Positions 20,601 to 27,351 are shown, counted from the stretch's first letter. The stretch: DNA of 64,000 nt from Candidatus Heimdallarchaeota archaeon (GCA_048881705.1 JBHLSH010000002.1:82109-146108), one strand, 5' to 3'. Notes: generated by a model not told the origin, from the letters alone. Made by a program: numbers and translations.

Positions 20601-21638
20601 AATGATGAAACAAATCCAACTAATATCACTTTCATAGCGGATGTAGAAGAACACGGATCTGGTGTAGCCAGTGTAGTACTTCTCTATTATTTAAATCCCA
20701 GTACGGAAAGCAATGGAGGTGCAGGCGCATCTTATCTTCAAATAGAAGACTGGATTGAAATTCAAATGGAATTTCAAGGCGTCAATTCCTCAACACATTA
20801 CCTTGAATATTCCGTAACTGTACCATTCGAACATAATGGTACAGATTGGCAAGTTATCTATCGAATTCAAACTTTTGATAATGCAGGTAACTCCAATCCA
20901 CTAGCTTATGATATACGGAACTATCCTGATAGGATCAGAGAGCAAACAATTTACTACACTCCTCCTAGCATAGATCCTGGCTTGGTTATCATTATTGTAG
21001 CCATAACACTATTCATCGCATTTACAGGCTCGATTGTTTATGTGAAATTCATCCGAAAGCCTGAATTAGTGGGTTTAGATAAAGAATTAGTATTAGAAAA
21101 GATCAGCGATATTTCAAAGACCGAAGTAATGACCTCACTGGATGCCCATACAGTCGGGCTTGTTGTATCATTCTTTGATCAAAGACACGGGCCCATACCA
21201 ATCATTGTTATCCCGGAAATCTTGAAGGACAATTTTTCAAAGCTTGTTGATCTCTCTGATCGTTCTTTCAGTGGAACCGGCTTTGTTGATGAATTTGACG
21301 AAGAGGTTTCATCAAGCTATGATTTTATGCTTTCTAGAGGTTTACGTACCAAGGTGATGTCGTTTGGATATTCTCTAGAGAGACCAGAGGCACGAGGGGG
21401 TCAAGAAAATCTCACAGCCAACATATTGATACACAGGGAATTATTCCCATTAGTAAACCAATTCTTGGATGAGATTCAGGGAAAGGTTCGTGAGATACAC
21501 GTCCTAATGAATGAAAAAGCAGACGAAAAGGAGAGAATCCGAAAGAAACTATTTGCCCTTCGAATATTTGTAACAAGGATCATTCTTTCTTATGAACAAA
21601 TTTACGGTACTACTGAATTACTTAGTGAGGATAACTAG
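8652..21638 (+). CDS. Giant (4328 aa) type-I membrane surface protein: signal peptide, 4x [DUF2341 + LamG/concanavalin-like], about 21 Ig-like repeats, one TM helix, cytoplasmic uDENN/longin-like domain
   Basis: Hydrophobic N-terminus. Four W..F.YRK.ITID / NFPVLIDLYDSDL / DHEIE modules, each followed by W.H.V.V / .Y.NG / IG / DE.RIS LamG motifs (about 8925-13150). Repeated N.pP.a..W.f.D.DgD..WYkD units (about 13730-20200). TM GLVIIIVAITLFIAFTGSIVYV at about 20980-21047. Tail FFDQRHGPIP...EARGG. Confidence 0.9.
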   Translation: MYRNNIKKNLFVLGLLLINVLVISFPLEEEGIFESDHPSTEILRASQSHDQDQVLFHNIPRLTKDDRAIYEKTDYNPPGINLRISDYYTPGWADTRFNFRKNITIDSTKVSGDLTNFPIYIDLYDSDLPQNAQASGNDILFTNNSGHLLDHEIETYDRVYNSTHAHLTAWIKTNISSSQDTVLSMYYGYPGAIDQSNPRGVWDDNYEFVLHMNQDPSSSDILDSTSNGFDFDVEVSSSMTSNDLVVGQTGTALALDGTDDFIYLPLAEGFVGPTDKFTFEFWIMFPNGGPGLRDTLAIPATSFGAPHLYFFQQSEFKVATSGSTYVQTSQDFQTTVGTWQHIVAIWDGTGGGIHQLYLNGSLDANDPTPLTGTHVAWNTLSIGTEDLPGDGPGGSYDNARNLHATISEFRLSNVVRSVDWINTEYENQNSPKSFYSVSLEEKHSNISEWHLPGFKYRKGITIDATEVSGGGILTNFPVLIDLYDSDLHHPDKVQADGDDIVFSDASGNLLDHEIELFDQNYDSTNAHMIAWIEIPSLSGTVDTEMFMYFGNKGIGIQQNPTGVWDSNYIGVWHLNQDPSGTAPQIIDSTAPATHGTSNGSMTSNDLIAGKIGYGLSLDGADDFIDFGNPSEVQITGAITVESWFRALEDQNEYLISKNGPGPDKRSWDLSFDPFNGTHGKLVFRYDTDGVLPHYGEVDNVYYEIGQWHHVVGVFSPSNYLRMYLNGQLVYDNSTAAPSQYDAGNPLRIGARGDDPPGSFYNGSIDEARISNIARSSDWVITGYKNQFDPNGFSSIGSIEIRGNWTLPYLRFKKSIAIKSSEVYGTGNLYNFPVLIDLYDSDLRATEKVQTDGDDIAFTDANGARLDHEIELFDQSFNLSYAHLMAWVKIPILSGTTDTTIYMWYGNSAVKSLANPIGVWQDYGAVWHLNDDFLDSTANNNDGTNYQSTDVGGKIADGQDFDGINDYINVGSDSSIDNIFNGGATISAWIYPEGWGGGYYGRILDKAAQTAGTNGWVLCIDGTGNPYNHLLFYRDFSTSRGLWYTPTDSISLNQWQYVVVAFDDSSDSNAPKVYINGILQTLTPEPLPSGSATTDAAQSLYIGNFMGGGRTFDGTIDEPRIAYNYLSSDWIQTEFNNQINPSNFYTIGLEEERLWADTSFRYSKDISINQSEVSSDFTDFPVLIDIIDSDLKSGKLQSDASDILFIDSIGVKLDHEIESFTQSGSDGHLTAWVRVPYLYDAEDTVITMYYGNSKISNQENPDNVWDSNFRGVWHLSEDPSVSQIFDSTSYNNHGTATNLASDDQESGQIDGSIDFDNVQDQINYGDKSSLNMGSGDFSLSLWFNYDGVDKGPLAGKGSYGSNGIRYYIAMDTTQGLIKGEIDDNGASGKKVITSTVTYGDNLWHHAVLVRDGNYLRFYIDGVEIPGSPIDITGYGSLDLALPFYMNTLASDTGGTLSDWTSAKLDEVQVSNSVRTADWISAQYTNQHTPTSFYSVGTEFYLDKTPPVINDYGTEDPGTGSGRFWADVSDATSSVNRVKIKINTTEYDMSFNGSYWIYIQSVNYGDTYEYQISNASDVRDNYITSPSSLKLSTFTADTVKPYVDDWEYFPGEGQYGTFKANVSDSWGIIDKVIVNVTVGNILQGYPWALMVLNETGYINNTIAMNSGTIKFVVRVNDTAGNNFTSGEHQGYVPIINHYPVASDITLSRSQSEISLPIYSNSTLYLNYTFYDADGDDEGGTEIRWYLNGALQSAYNNLKEIPATALNKDDFWNVTVRPKDGKDFGVLNSSSIIAIQNTPPTVTSASIIPVTPYTTSDLSIDYVYYDNDGDTENTLLREIYWFKDSVLQDLLNGSTTILAGNTTKGESWYYKIIVNDGFNSSGTYTSSSVIIANSAPTATVLTISPSNPTTSSDLTAGWTFNDADGDSEITYFIEWIRGVTHQPIYDGLTTLPAAATTKTQVWYFKLIVNDGTDNSSVYTSPSVNILNTAPTASGITITSNPLTSDILQASWTFNDVDGDSESTSWIIRWYKDNVLLAGYNDLQTVPSSATSKGEAWNYTVRVHDGTSYSIQYNSSITTILNSPPTASGLTITNNPTTNDALIASWTFNDIDGDTEDSNWIIHWYKDNVLQAGYTNLTTVSSSATSKGEEWNYTLQVYDGTDYSIQYESSTTVIINTPPTASGLLISPAYPATYNDLSASWTFNDADADSEIAYFIEWIRGVTHQPTYDGLTTLPAAATTKNQVWYFKLIVNDGTDNSSVYTSPSVDILNTAPTASGITITSNPLTNDILQASWTFNDVDGDSESTSWIIRWYKDNVLLAGYNDLQTVPSSATSKGEAWNYTVKVYDGTNYSIQYNSSITTILNSPPTASGLTITNNPTTNDALIASWTFNDIDGDTEDSNWIIYWYKDNVLQGGYTNLTTVSSSATSKGEEWNYTLRVYDGIDYSIQYNSVLATIANSAPIISGQPSFNKTSGVVSSDTLNVTYNFSDADSDPEITGNRIVFWYKNGNYDAAKDNDIILLSSETLAGQWWYYIIKVYDGMDYSQNYTSEPVSIEGGGQTNDPPIAGNLTLTLSPTTLDNLIADYDYYDNNSNEEAGTQIRWYKDGILQPHLNDTKTIQSSETAKGEVWNFTVRPKDGLEFGNIVFSSSVMILNTPPTASGLGITSIPRTSDDLVADWTFNDVDGDTEDNNWIIYWYKDNVLQGGYTNLTTVSSTATSKGEVWNYTIQVYDGQNYSIQYNSSSTTILNTIPTASNLGLTFNPSTIDDLVVSYAYNDLDNDPESSSWEILWYKDNNLQPGLNGTQTVDAGNTSKNEFWHFTLKVHDGEGFSVLYISPSRKILNTAPTLTSVSVNSNPTTIIDLVASWTFSDIDNDDESTTRVIKWYMNGVLQPSWDNLTQVPASGTSKGELWNYTVRVYDGEDYSVEYISNLVIILNTKPISSSLTLTISVPKTSDNLIADWSYTDIDGDPENLGWIIRWYKNDVLQPTLNDSKIVTAGNTTKDEVWYYILQVFDGEEYSDINTLNPTITIANTKPSASSLTVTAIPRTTDDLVADYSYSDIDGDIETISWIIKWYRDGGHYPLYDDLKIVPSSATSKNEIWYFTLQVHDGTNYSSQYTSPQTQILNSAPSASSVFFSPALPNALNNLSITYNWNDDDTADSEGGTLIRWYRNDILQQTYNDLRTVDSALLIKNERWNVSIRVSDGTDFGAWVNMSVIIANSAPTIVTDSAQIYTPFTGLYTTNTLVANWVENDADGDNITSVKIIWENRTSGSGSFIPISLLENLTEVPPQYTAKLQDWRFKIQVYDGQDWSVEATSFLSSIGNSEPIVENISLAGGLTTTDNIILNYDYYDADNDPEGSTDIDWTVFHLGSPSFISGTVILDHSSFTAGDVVWCVITPNDGTDDGTPVDSSKLAGSNVLVQVGNTAPLINTSLGSPEILSDHPNGTSIFNAITSIYVNYSDFVIDIDSGESDPVFDVDFEPNYDVLYVPGVTKNIGAQYRWYKFNKGSGIWELQFGLTTAYVDSFFLHRGEEWKCSVRPRDLYGDEGMWVNSTTITIGNSYPIITGGIEWLIQNPQTQDNLILWSGFTFDYYDFDNDPIDIAQTLILWFKNGQLINGPQNNTILTSQYFAKGDQIYVVIRPSDGINWALRNYTSSIIAITNTIPAITDSSLYPTTISNEEILYLDWTYFDLDNDAEGTSWRIWWFRNGVYQSNYDNSTSIPLKQVNNGEIWKAEFQVFDGTDYSILYYSTEIETKILQIDYIFDPVSGQVDPNVRESEFLVDDENLSISYLFSTQGDASGLIIRWFSTLDNGTWIERTEFEGDTSIDHKVTSPGEKWKCMISPLEQSTGFIWGTINSSTLMIESRPEIFTQSEEIVTPMSDIEGHYILQINTSDLLHDIEIVIFTLENDTVEHYAREIGNGIWSVDYQVPIDNFEELMNSEFLGYVRAVTSVNYAGKDFSIYVIKQFNIKIIDNAPPRVPNVQMIPNDETNPTNITFIADVEEHGSGVASVVLLYYLNPSTESNGGAGASYLQIEDWIEIQMEFQGVNSSTHYLEYSVTVPFEHNGTDWQVIYRIQTFDNAGNSNPLAYDIRNYPDRIREQTIYYTPPSIDPGLVIIIVAITLFIAFTGSIVYVKFIRKPELVGLDKELVLEKISDISKTEVMTSLDAHTVGLVVSFFDQRHGPIPIIVIPEILKDNFSKLVDLSDRSFSGTGFVDEFDEEVSSSYDFMLSRGLRTKVMSFGYSLERPEARGGQENLTANILIHRELFPLVNQFLDEIQGKVREIHVLMNEKADEKERIRKKLFALRIFVTRIILSYEQIYGTTELLSEDN
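14395..15983 (+). repeat. Near-identical intragenic tandem duplication, period 846 bp (282 aa, three Ig-like units); partial third copy at about 16671-16870
   Basis: 62-nt exact match at 14526-14587 vs 15372-15433. The same offset appears in duplicated antisense ORFs 14519/15365. tggactttta at 15801 and 16671 marks the third copy (offset 870). Confidence 0.95.
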
Positions 21639-21815
21639 TCTTTTGTCATCGCGGGGCCTCTCAGCAGACTTGGTTAGCGGAATAGATCCCAGTTTTTCTT
21701 TGAAGAAACACCGAAAAAAGATGAAAGATGTCTATTAAGAAAGGAATGGTTCAAAATAGAAGGGGGCGGATTGAAGCTGATAGCATTGGAATGACCTTGG
21801 GCCCTAGCCTATAGG

Positions 21816-21896
21816 AGGATTTGAGCCTCATTTACGGACAACGAGGCTTTGTAAGCGGATAACTAAGGTTCAAATCCTAAATCCTTAGGAATTTAG
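21816..21896 (+). other. Intergenic inverted-repeat cluster able to form alternative RNA hairpins
   Basis: AGGATTTGAGCCT (21816-21828) pairs with AGGTTCAAATCCT (21866-21878), with one G-U pair. GAGCCTC can alternatively pair with GAGGCTT (21843-21849). A further CTAAAT..ATTTAG hairpin follows. Confidence 0.45.
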
Positions 21897-22005
21897 AATT
21901 ATTGGAAAAAAGATAAAAATGGGGAAGGATATACAATGCGTTAATCCCTTAAATTTTGAAACAATGCAATTAAATCGCATTAAACATAAAGAATGGTGAA
22001 ATTTC

Positions 22006-23445
22006 ATGAGTAATGAGAATGTAAAGGCAAAAAAACATTCTAATATTACATACTTGTCTGCGGGCATCTTAATGCTTGGTTTTAACACAACAATCTACGC
22101 AGTTACTCAAAACTATCCCATTTACTACCAGAATTTGGGATTATCAATTGAAATGCTGTTTCTTGCAGCGCTTGTCTATACGCTTTGGGACATGTTCAAC
22201 GATCCCATTGTAGGTCATCTATCGGATGGAACTTACGGGTTCACCCGCCGATGGGGCAAGCGTTTCCCGTGGATGTTAATTGGTACCGTAGCACTCTTGG
22301 TGGCTACTGTTCTATTATTTTCTGCCCCAACTGTTGATGCCAGTGGAGAACTTATGACTTTTCTTTGGTTTTTAGTCTTTCTCTCAGCCTATGATGGATT
22401 TATGTCAGCAGTGCTTGTAAATTATAATGCACTTATCCCTGTAAAATTCAAATCAAAATCTGAGCGTATCAGCGTGTCTGCGGCATATCAGTTCTTTCTG
22501 ATCCTTGGTCCAGTTGTTGGATTGATTGTGGTTCCAACAATCCTAGAGACAGGATCTTATCTGATAATGAGCATCTTTCTAGCAGGATTCATGCTGGTTT
22601 CATACTTGTTATCGTTACCAGGCCTAAAAGAGGATGAAGAACTAAGAGAATCCTATTTCCACGAAAAAACAGAACGGGGATCCTTTTATTCGGAATTTAC
22701 GAGTAACCTGAGACAGTCGTTTTCTCAACGATCCTTTGTTGTTTTCGCGGTGGTCACCCTATGTATTACCGTGACTTCTTCCATAATTGCGGCCACTGTG
22801 CCCTATTACATCGAATATATTCTTCAGATCAGTCAAAGATTGCAACCACAAGAATATGCTCAGACCTTACGAACGATAAACCTACCCTTTGCGATTACTT
22901 CACTACTTCTAATCCCCTTGTACTTTTGGGGTACAAAGAAAATCGGTCATATGAAAGCTTTCAAATATGGATTGTTACTTGCACCACTGCCGTTGTTACT
23001 CATCTTTGTGAGCTTAATGGCTGGTGCTACCGCAAGTATGCCTCTAGTGATGATAGGTGCAGGAATTTACGGAATTTGTGGTGGATTCATCGTTGTTGCT
23101 CGAATTCCAGTATCCGCAGATTTTTTTGACGAGTCGGCTGCTAGGTATGGCAAACGACAAGAAGGAATTTACTTGGGGATTTGGAATTTCTTTAGCAGGC
23201 TAGTTACAGCGATACAATTTGGCATTTTTGCCCTTATCCAGAATCTCACCTCGTTTATACCCCCAACAGAAGCGAATCCCGCTCCTACTCAAGGAGTACC
23301 CGCACAATGGGGGATTATGGCCCAGTTTGGGTTGGTTCCTGCAATTGCCCTTTTGATCGCTGGAATATTATTCTGGAGATTTTGGTATCTTACACCTCAA
23401 AAGACAGAAGAAATCCAATCCGAATTAGAAAAGCTCGGGATTTAG
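22006..23445 (+). CDS. MFS transporter, GPH (glycoside-pentoside-hexuronide:cation symporter) family
   Basis: About 12 TM helices; WDMFNDPIVGHLSD, RWGKRFPW and RQEGIYLG motifs. Confidence 0.9.
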   Translation: MSNENVKAKKHSNITYLSAGILMLGFNTTIYAVTQNYPIYYQNLGLSIEMLFLAALVYTLWDMFNDPIVGHLSDGTYGFTRRWGKRFPWMLIGTVALLVATVLLFSAPTVDASGELMTFLWFLVFLSAYDGFMSAVLVNYNALIPVKFKSKSERISVSAAYQFFLILGPVVGLIVVPTILETGSYLIMSIFLAGFMLVSYLLSLPGLKEDEELRESYFHEKTERGSFYSEFTSNLRQSFSQRSFVVFAVVTLCITVTSSIIAATVPYYIEYILQISQRLQPQEYAQTLRTINLPFAITSLLLIPLYFWGTKKIGHMKAFKYGLLLAPLPLLLIFVSLMAGATASMPLVMIGAGIYGICGGFIVVARIPVSADFFDESAARYGKRQEGIYLGIWNFFSRLVTAIQFGIFALIQNLTSFIPPTEANPAPTQGVPAQWGIMAQFGLVPAIALLIAGILFWRFWYLTPQKTEEIQSELEKLGI

Positions 23446-23484
23446 AGTGTGGTTCTCCACATATTGAACTTCTCTTTTTATTAA

Positions 23485-25743
23485 ATGGGAAGATCTTCTA
23501 AATCCTTCCCTTTATTCAAATCACAGAGGATTTACTCAATGATAGATTGGTTTGTCTTAATATTTTATACCCTGGATAGTCTAGGTATCCTTATACTGGA
23601 GAATATAATATTAAATCTGATATTATTAATACTAATCCGAGGAATTTATCTCTTCATCCAATATAATTATAGCAAATCTTTGAAGAATGAAGTAACGGAC
23701 GTAAAAGTATCGAATCTGTATTCGAGGCGTGAAGAAGTTATTTTCGGATTGAAGCAGGTTATCATAGTTTTACTACCAAGCTTCTTTACCCCATTCACTA
23801 CTTTCGTGATTTTCTATTCGATTCTCCTGATCGGAGGGAATCTTAGAAGGATCGATCAGGAAGAACACGTTTCGCAATATCGCGTAATTGGTACAGGAAT
23901 AACCATTCTCGCGCCATTAATTGGATTTTATTTGTATATCGGAGACCCTTTATCACTTATCGGGATTGGAATTAGCCTTATTCTATATCACCAATATGGG
24001 TTTTCACAAGTGGATTCCCCATTTATTCAAGGAATCGAAAAAGGCAAAGGATGGGTTAACCGGTTACCACGAACCGTGATAATGATAGGATTGGTATTAC
24101 TAATTATCCTTCCTAGCCTAATTCTCGCTGGCGTCGCTTTATACACTCCCCCTGGGAAAATAACCGTTAGAGTTGAAATGCGTGACGGAATTACCCTTGC
24201 AACTGATATTTATCTCGCACCAGGGTCTTTGGGAATGCAGCGTCCCGTAATTCTTATTCGCACTCCATATGATAAAAGCAATCTTGGACCATACGGTTTC
24301 CTATATCTTACCCAAGGATACCATATGGTGGTTCAGGATATCCGTGGGACGTATGATTCAGAAGATCATGAGACATTTTTGATGTTTCAGAAAGCCTATC
24401 AGGACGGAGTGGATACAATTGCCTGGATCCTTAATCAAACCTGGTCAAATGGAAAAATTGCATCAGTGGGCGCTTCTGCTCTCTGTAACAATCAATATTA
24501 TTATGCAGGTATGAATCCCGAGGGATTGGTTGCCCAATCATTAATGATTGGTACTCCCGACCTCTATAAGACCTCTATCTGGCAGGGAGGAGCTTTCAGA
24601 GAATATCTCGCAAAAGGTTGGTTGGAATCGAGCTCAGATAACGCGGAATTTCAGCTTCAACAATTACTCACGCATCCAAAAAAGGATTCCTATTACAATA
24701 CAACCTCCCTATTCATGGATTTGGGTCCCTCCTTTTCCCAAGTAAATGTATCTGCAATTCACATTGGAGGTTGGTATGACCTATTTCAGCAAGGAACACT
24801 AGATGGGTATATGGGATACGATGATTTAGGATTACCTGGAGCAAGGGGAAAGCAACTTCTAATCATGGGGCCATTCACTCATGGCATGCCTGGTGAAGGA
24901 CAACACGGCGAAGTGGTATTTCCGACCAAATCAAAGTCTGGATGGGATCTATATCTTGAATGGGAACAAGCTCTGTTAGATCATGTTCTATTGGGTAAGG
25001 ATTTCGATTGGTCTGGGAATCGCGTTGCATATTATATGATGGGAGACCCTCAGGATTCCTCACCGAATGTAAATGATTACCGATATGCTGCGGATTGGCC
25101 TATTCCTTATTCAAATGAATCTTGGTACTTGCAGGATGATGGCCTTCTCCTGTTGGGTTCCCCAGTGGCAGTCAATCATAACTATTCGTATCTGTACGAT
25201 CCCCGCGATCCTGTTCCGACAATTGGAGGTACGAATCTCCTCATGAATGCTGGTCCATACGATCAGCAATCAATCGAAAACAGAGGTGATGTTCTTCTCT
25301 TTGAGACACAAACCCTAACCGAGGAAATCGAAGTAGTTGGTCGCATGTGGGCACGTTTGTGGGTGATGTCGAATGCGACTGCTACTGATTTCACTGTAAA
25401 AATTACTGATGTTTACCCGAATGGTTCCTCGATGCTGATCAGTGACGGCATTATCAACACATTAAGACGGGACGGGATGGACAAAGATGCTGCTCCCCTT
25501 AAAGAGGGAGATCCAGTAGAAGTGTGGATTGATTTATGGAGTACCGCCTATCAGTTTGACCTAGGTCATAAAATTCGGATAGCAATTTCAAGTTCAAACT
25601 ATCCTCGTTTTGCAATTAATCCGAATACTGGAGAACCCACTAAACTCTTTGATTACCAATATTTATCTCGTGTCATAGCCAACAATACGATTGTTGTGGG
25701 GCCCAATTTTCCTAGCCAAATCATCCTGCCAATTCCAATTTAA
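23485..25743 (+). CDS. CocE/NonD (S15) alpha/beta hydrolase with N-terminal multi-TM anchor (start possibly ATG 23539)
   Basis: MRDGITLATDIY, LIRTPY, QDIRGTYDSE, nucleophile GASALC, GGWYDLF, GPFTHG; C-terminal DVLLFET / RIAISSSNYPRF. Confidence 0.88.
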   Translation: MGRSSKSFPLFKSQRIYSMIDWFVLIFYTLDSLGILILENIILNLILLILIRGIYLFIQYNYSKSLKNEVTDVKVSNLYSRREEVIFGLKQVIIVLLPSFFTPFTTFVIFYSILLIGGNLRRIDQEEHVSQYRVIGTGITILAPLIGFYLYIGDPLSLIGIGISLILYHQYGFSQVDSPFIQGIEKGKGWVNRLPRTVIMIGLVLLIILPSLILAGVALYTPPGKITVRVEMRDGITLATDIYLAPGSLGMQRPVILIRTPYDKSNLGPYGFLYLTQGYHMVVQDIRGTYDSEDHETFLMFQKAYQDGVDTIAWILNQTWSNGKIASVGASALCNNQYYYAGMNPEGLVAQSLMIGTPDLYKTSIWQGGAFREYLAKGWLESSSDNAEFQLQQLLTHPKKDSYYNTTSLFMDLGPSFSQVNVSAIHIGGWYDLFQQGTLDGYMGYDDLGLPGARGKQLLIMGPFTHGMPGEGQHGEVVFPTKSKSGWDLYLEWEQALLDHVLLGKDFDWSGNRVAYYMMGDPQDSSPNVNDYRYAADWPIPYSNESWYLQDDGLLLLGSPVAVNHNYSYLYDPRDPVPTIGGTNLLMNAGPYDQQSIENRGDVLLFETQTLTEEIEVVGRMWARLWVMSNATATDFTVKITDVYPNGSSMLISDGIINTLRRDGMDKDAAPLKEGDPVEVWIDLWSTAYQFDLGHKIRIAISSSNYPRFAINPNTGEPTKLFDYQYLSRVIANNTIVVGPNFPSQIILPIPI

Positions 25744-25831
25744 CTAAAGACAATTCCAAAGAAACCATAGAAGGTTCCCCTTTCGCAGGAGCTACTAATA
25801 CAAAACCTACGATGAGGAAGTATTGGATTCT

Positions 25832-26197
25832 TCACGAGTGAAGAACCTCTTCTACGATTTCTTCAAGAAATTTTGCCATTTCGGAATTTATACTGACCTT
25901 ATCTACTCCAATCTCCCGTGCTGATTCGAGTAGAGTTTTTTGAGTATGTCCAGCAAAAGCGATTATTTTTCCAGAAAATATTGATCTCAGCTTACGCAAG
26001 GTTTCAATTCCTCCCAAATCAGGGTTATTTAGGTCAAACACAATTATCTGATAAGTATGACATCGATCATATAGTTCTGCTGGATTGGAGACATCTGAAA
26101 CCTCATACCCAGCTTCGTTCAATCGAGAACCAAATCTGCTATAGAAAAAAAGGCCTGTTCCCAGGAGGATGTTTAGTTTTGAGAGTGATTCTGTCAT
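25832..26197 (-). CDS. Stand-alone atypical receiver (CheY-like) domain
   Basis: IIVFDL.NPDLGGIETLRKL receiver core; lacks the N-terminal acidic pair and the conserved Lys-Pro. Confidence 0.72.
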   Translation of the reverse strand: MTESLSKLNILLGTGLFFYSRFGSRLNEAGYEVSDVSNPAELYDRCHTYQIIVFDLNNPDLGGIETLRKLRSIFSGKIIAFAGHTQKTLLESAREIGVDKVSINSEMAKFLEEIVEEVLHS

Positions 26198-26273
26198 TCT
26201 CTGCAGCAGTCCGTTAAGCGTCCTACCTAAAGGTCTCGTATAATAGGATTATCGGGAAAACATCCTTATCTGA

Positions 26274-26290
26274 ATGAAAAACTTTTTCAT
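26274..26290. promoter_or_regulatory. Perfect interrupted palindrome ATGAAAAA-C-TTTTTCAT, possible operator or terminator
   Basis: Read directly; about 77 bp upstream of the receiver gene start. Confidence 0.4.
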
Positions 26291-26302
26291 TATGGATCCG
26301 TA

Positions 26303-27307
26303 TCAGCCGAATCGTAGTTCGGTCATGTCCCCTTTGACTTCCATGCCAGCTGGATAACCTTTCCCTTCAAAAACTAAAGCAAATTTGCCTTCTCGGCGCT
26401 CAAAAAGCCTAACAATAACTGTTGATACTAGACTCTCAAACACCTCCCCAAGCATTCCGTTTTTATCGGGACTTCTCAGGATTGCTCCACTACCCTGTTC
26501 TGCAGTAACCTCCAACAGGTGTTTTCTATTTGAAATTTTCATGAAAACTTGATGGTCTTCCACCTCCAAATCGCTTATTTTAGACCTATTATAGGTAGTG
26601 AATCGGTACAACTTGTTCTCGTAAAGAAAACCAACAGCAAAACCTGGAAATTTCCATAAGAGATAGGGAATATGGGCAATTGACACATTCAAAGCGGTCC
26701 CTTCTGCCTTAAAATGGTTTGATTGGATCCAAATCCAGGAACTCGGATGCGAGGATCCCCATTCCTTCCCAATGTATCCTTTTCCCCCTTCAAAATCATA
26801 CATGGAACCGTTTATGGAGAAACCACCTTGGATCTGATGATTAAAGCTTAGTATGGCGTGAAAACATTCCAAACGGGGTAGAAAAGCCAGCGGACCCATT
26901 GCGCCCGGCGCTAAAAGCCCTACAGGCCAGGGGGACAAGCCCAAGAATCGGAGAACACCCATAACCACCAGATTATCTCGATCGATATTAAGGGTAATCT
27001 GGTCGGTTTTGAATTCATTTTTCCCAATCTTGACCAGAAACTCCTTTGAGACTGCATTAAATTGCTCTAATTCGTAAGGAATGTAGTTATATTCGCCTGT
27101 CGATCCATTAAAAATTTGTATAAATGCATGCGAGCTCTGATAGGGATTCGGACCGTGATGTGGATTATATATTACTCCAGGGATAATTGCAAAGACATTT
27201 TGAGCTGCTTTATCCACCAATTTGTAATACCAACCCTCAAACTGACGATCTCGGCGTCCGTGGAATACGGCAGGCCTCCATATCCTCTGAATTCTATTGA
27301 ATACCAT
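26303..27307 (-). CDS. Tocopherol cyclase family protein
   Basis: FEGWYYK, ECFHAILSFNH, GKGYIGKEWGSSHPSSWIWIQSNHF and SIAHIP motifs. Confidence 0.85.
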   Translation of the reverse strand: MVFNRIQRIWRPAVFHGRRDRQFEGWYYKLVDKAAQNVFAIIPGVIYNPHHGPNPYQSSHAFIQIFNGSTGEYNYIPYELEQFNAVSKEFLVKIGKNEFKTDQITLNIDRDNLVVMGVLRFLGLSPWPVGLLAPGAMGPLAFLPRLECFHAILSFNHQIQGGFSINGSMYDFEGGKGYIGKEWGSSHPSSWIWIQSNHFKAEGTALNVSIAHIPYLLWKFPGFAVGFLYENKLYRFTTYNRSKISDLEVEDHQVFMKISNRKHLLEVTAEQGSGAILRSPDKNGMLGEVFESLVSTVIVRLFERREGKFALVFEGKGYPAGMEVKGDMTELRFG

Positions 27308-27351
27308 TTTTTTCCCTAATGTTAGTGTCTTTCTTGGAAAAATCGAGGAAT

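Noticed and set aside
21814-21887. Possible tRNA (GGTTCAAATCC T-loop, about 74 nt between partially complementary ends)
   Set aside because: The D-loop would be about 19 nt and no anticodon stem can form; it does not fold as a cloverleaf. Kept only as a hairpin element.
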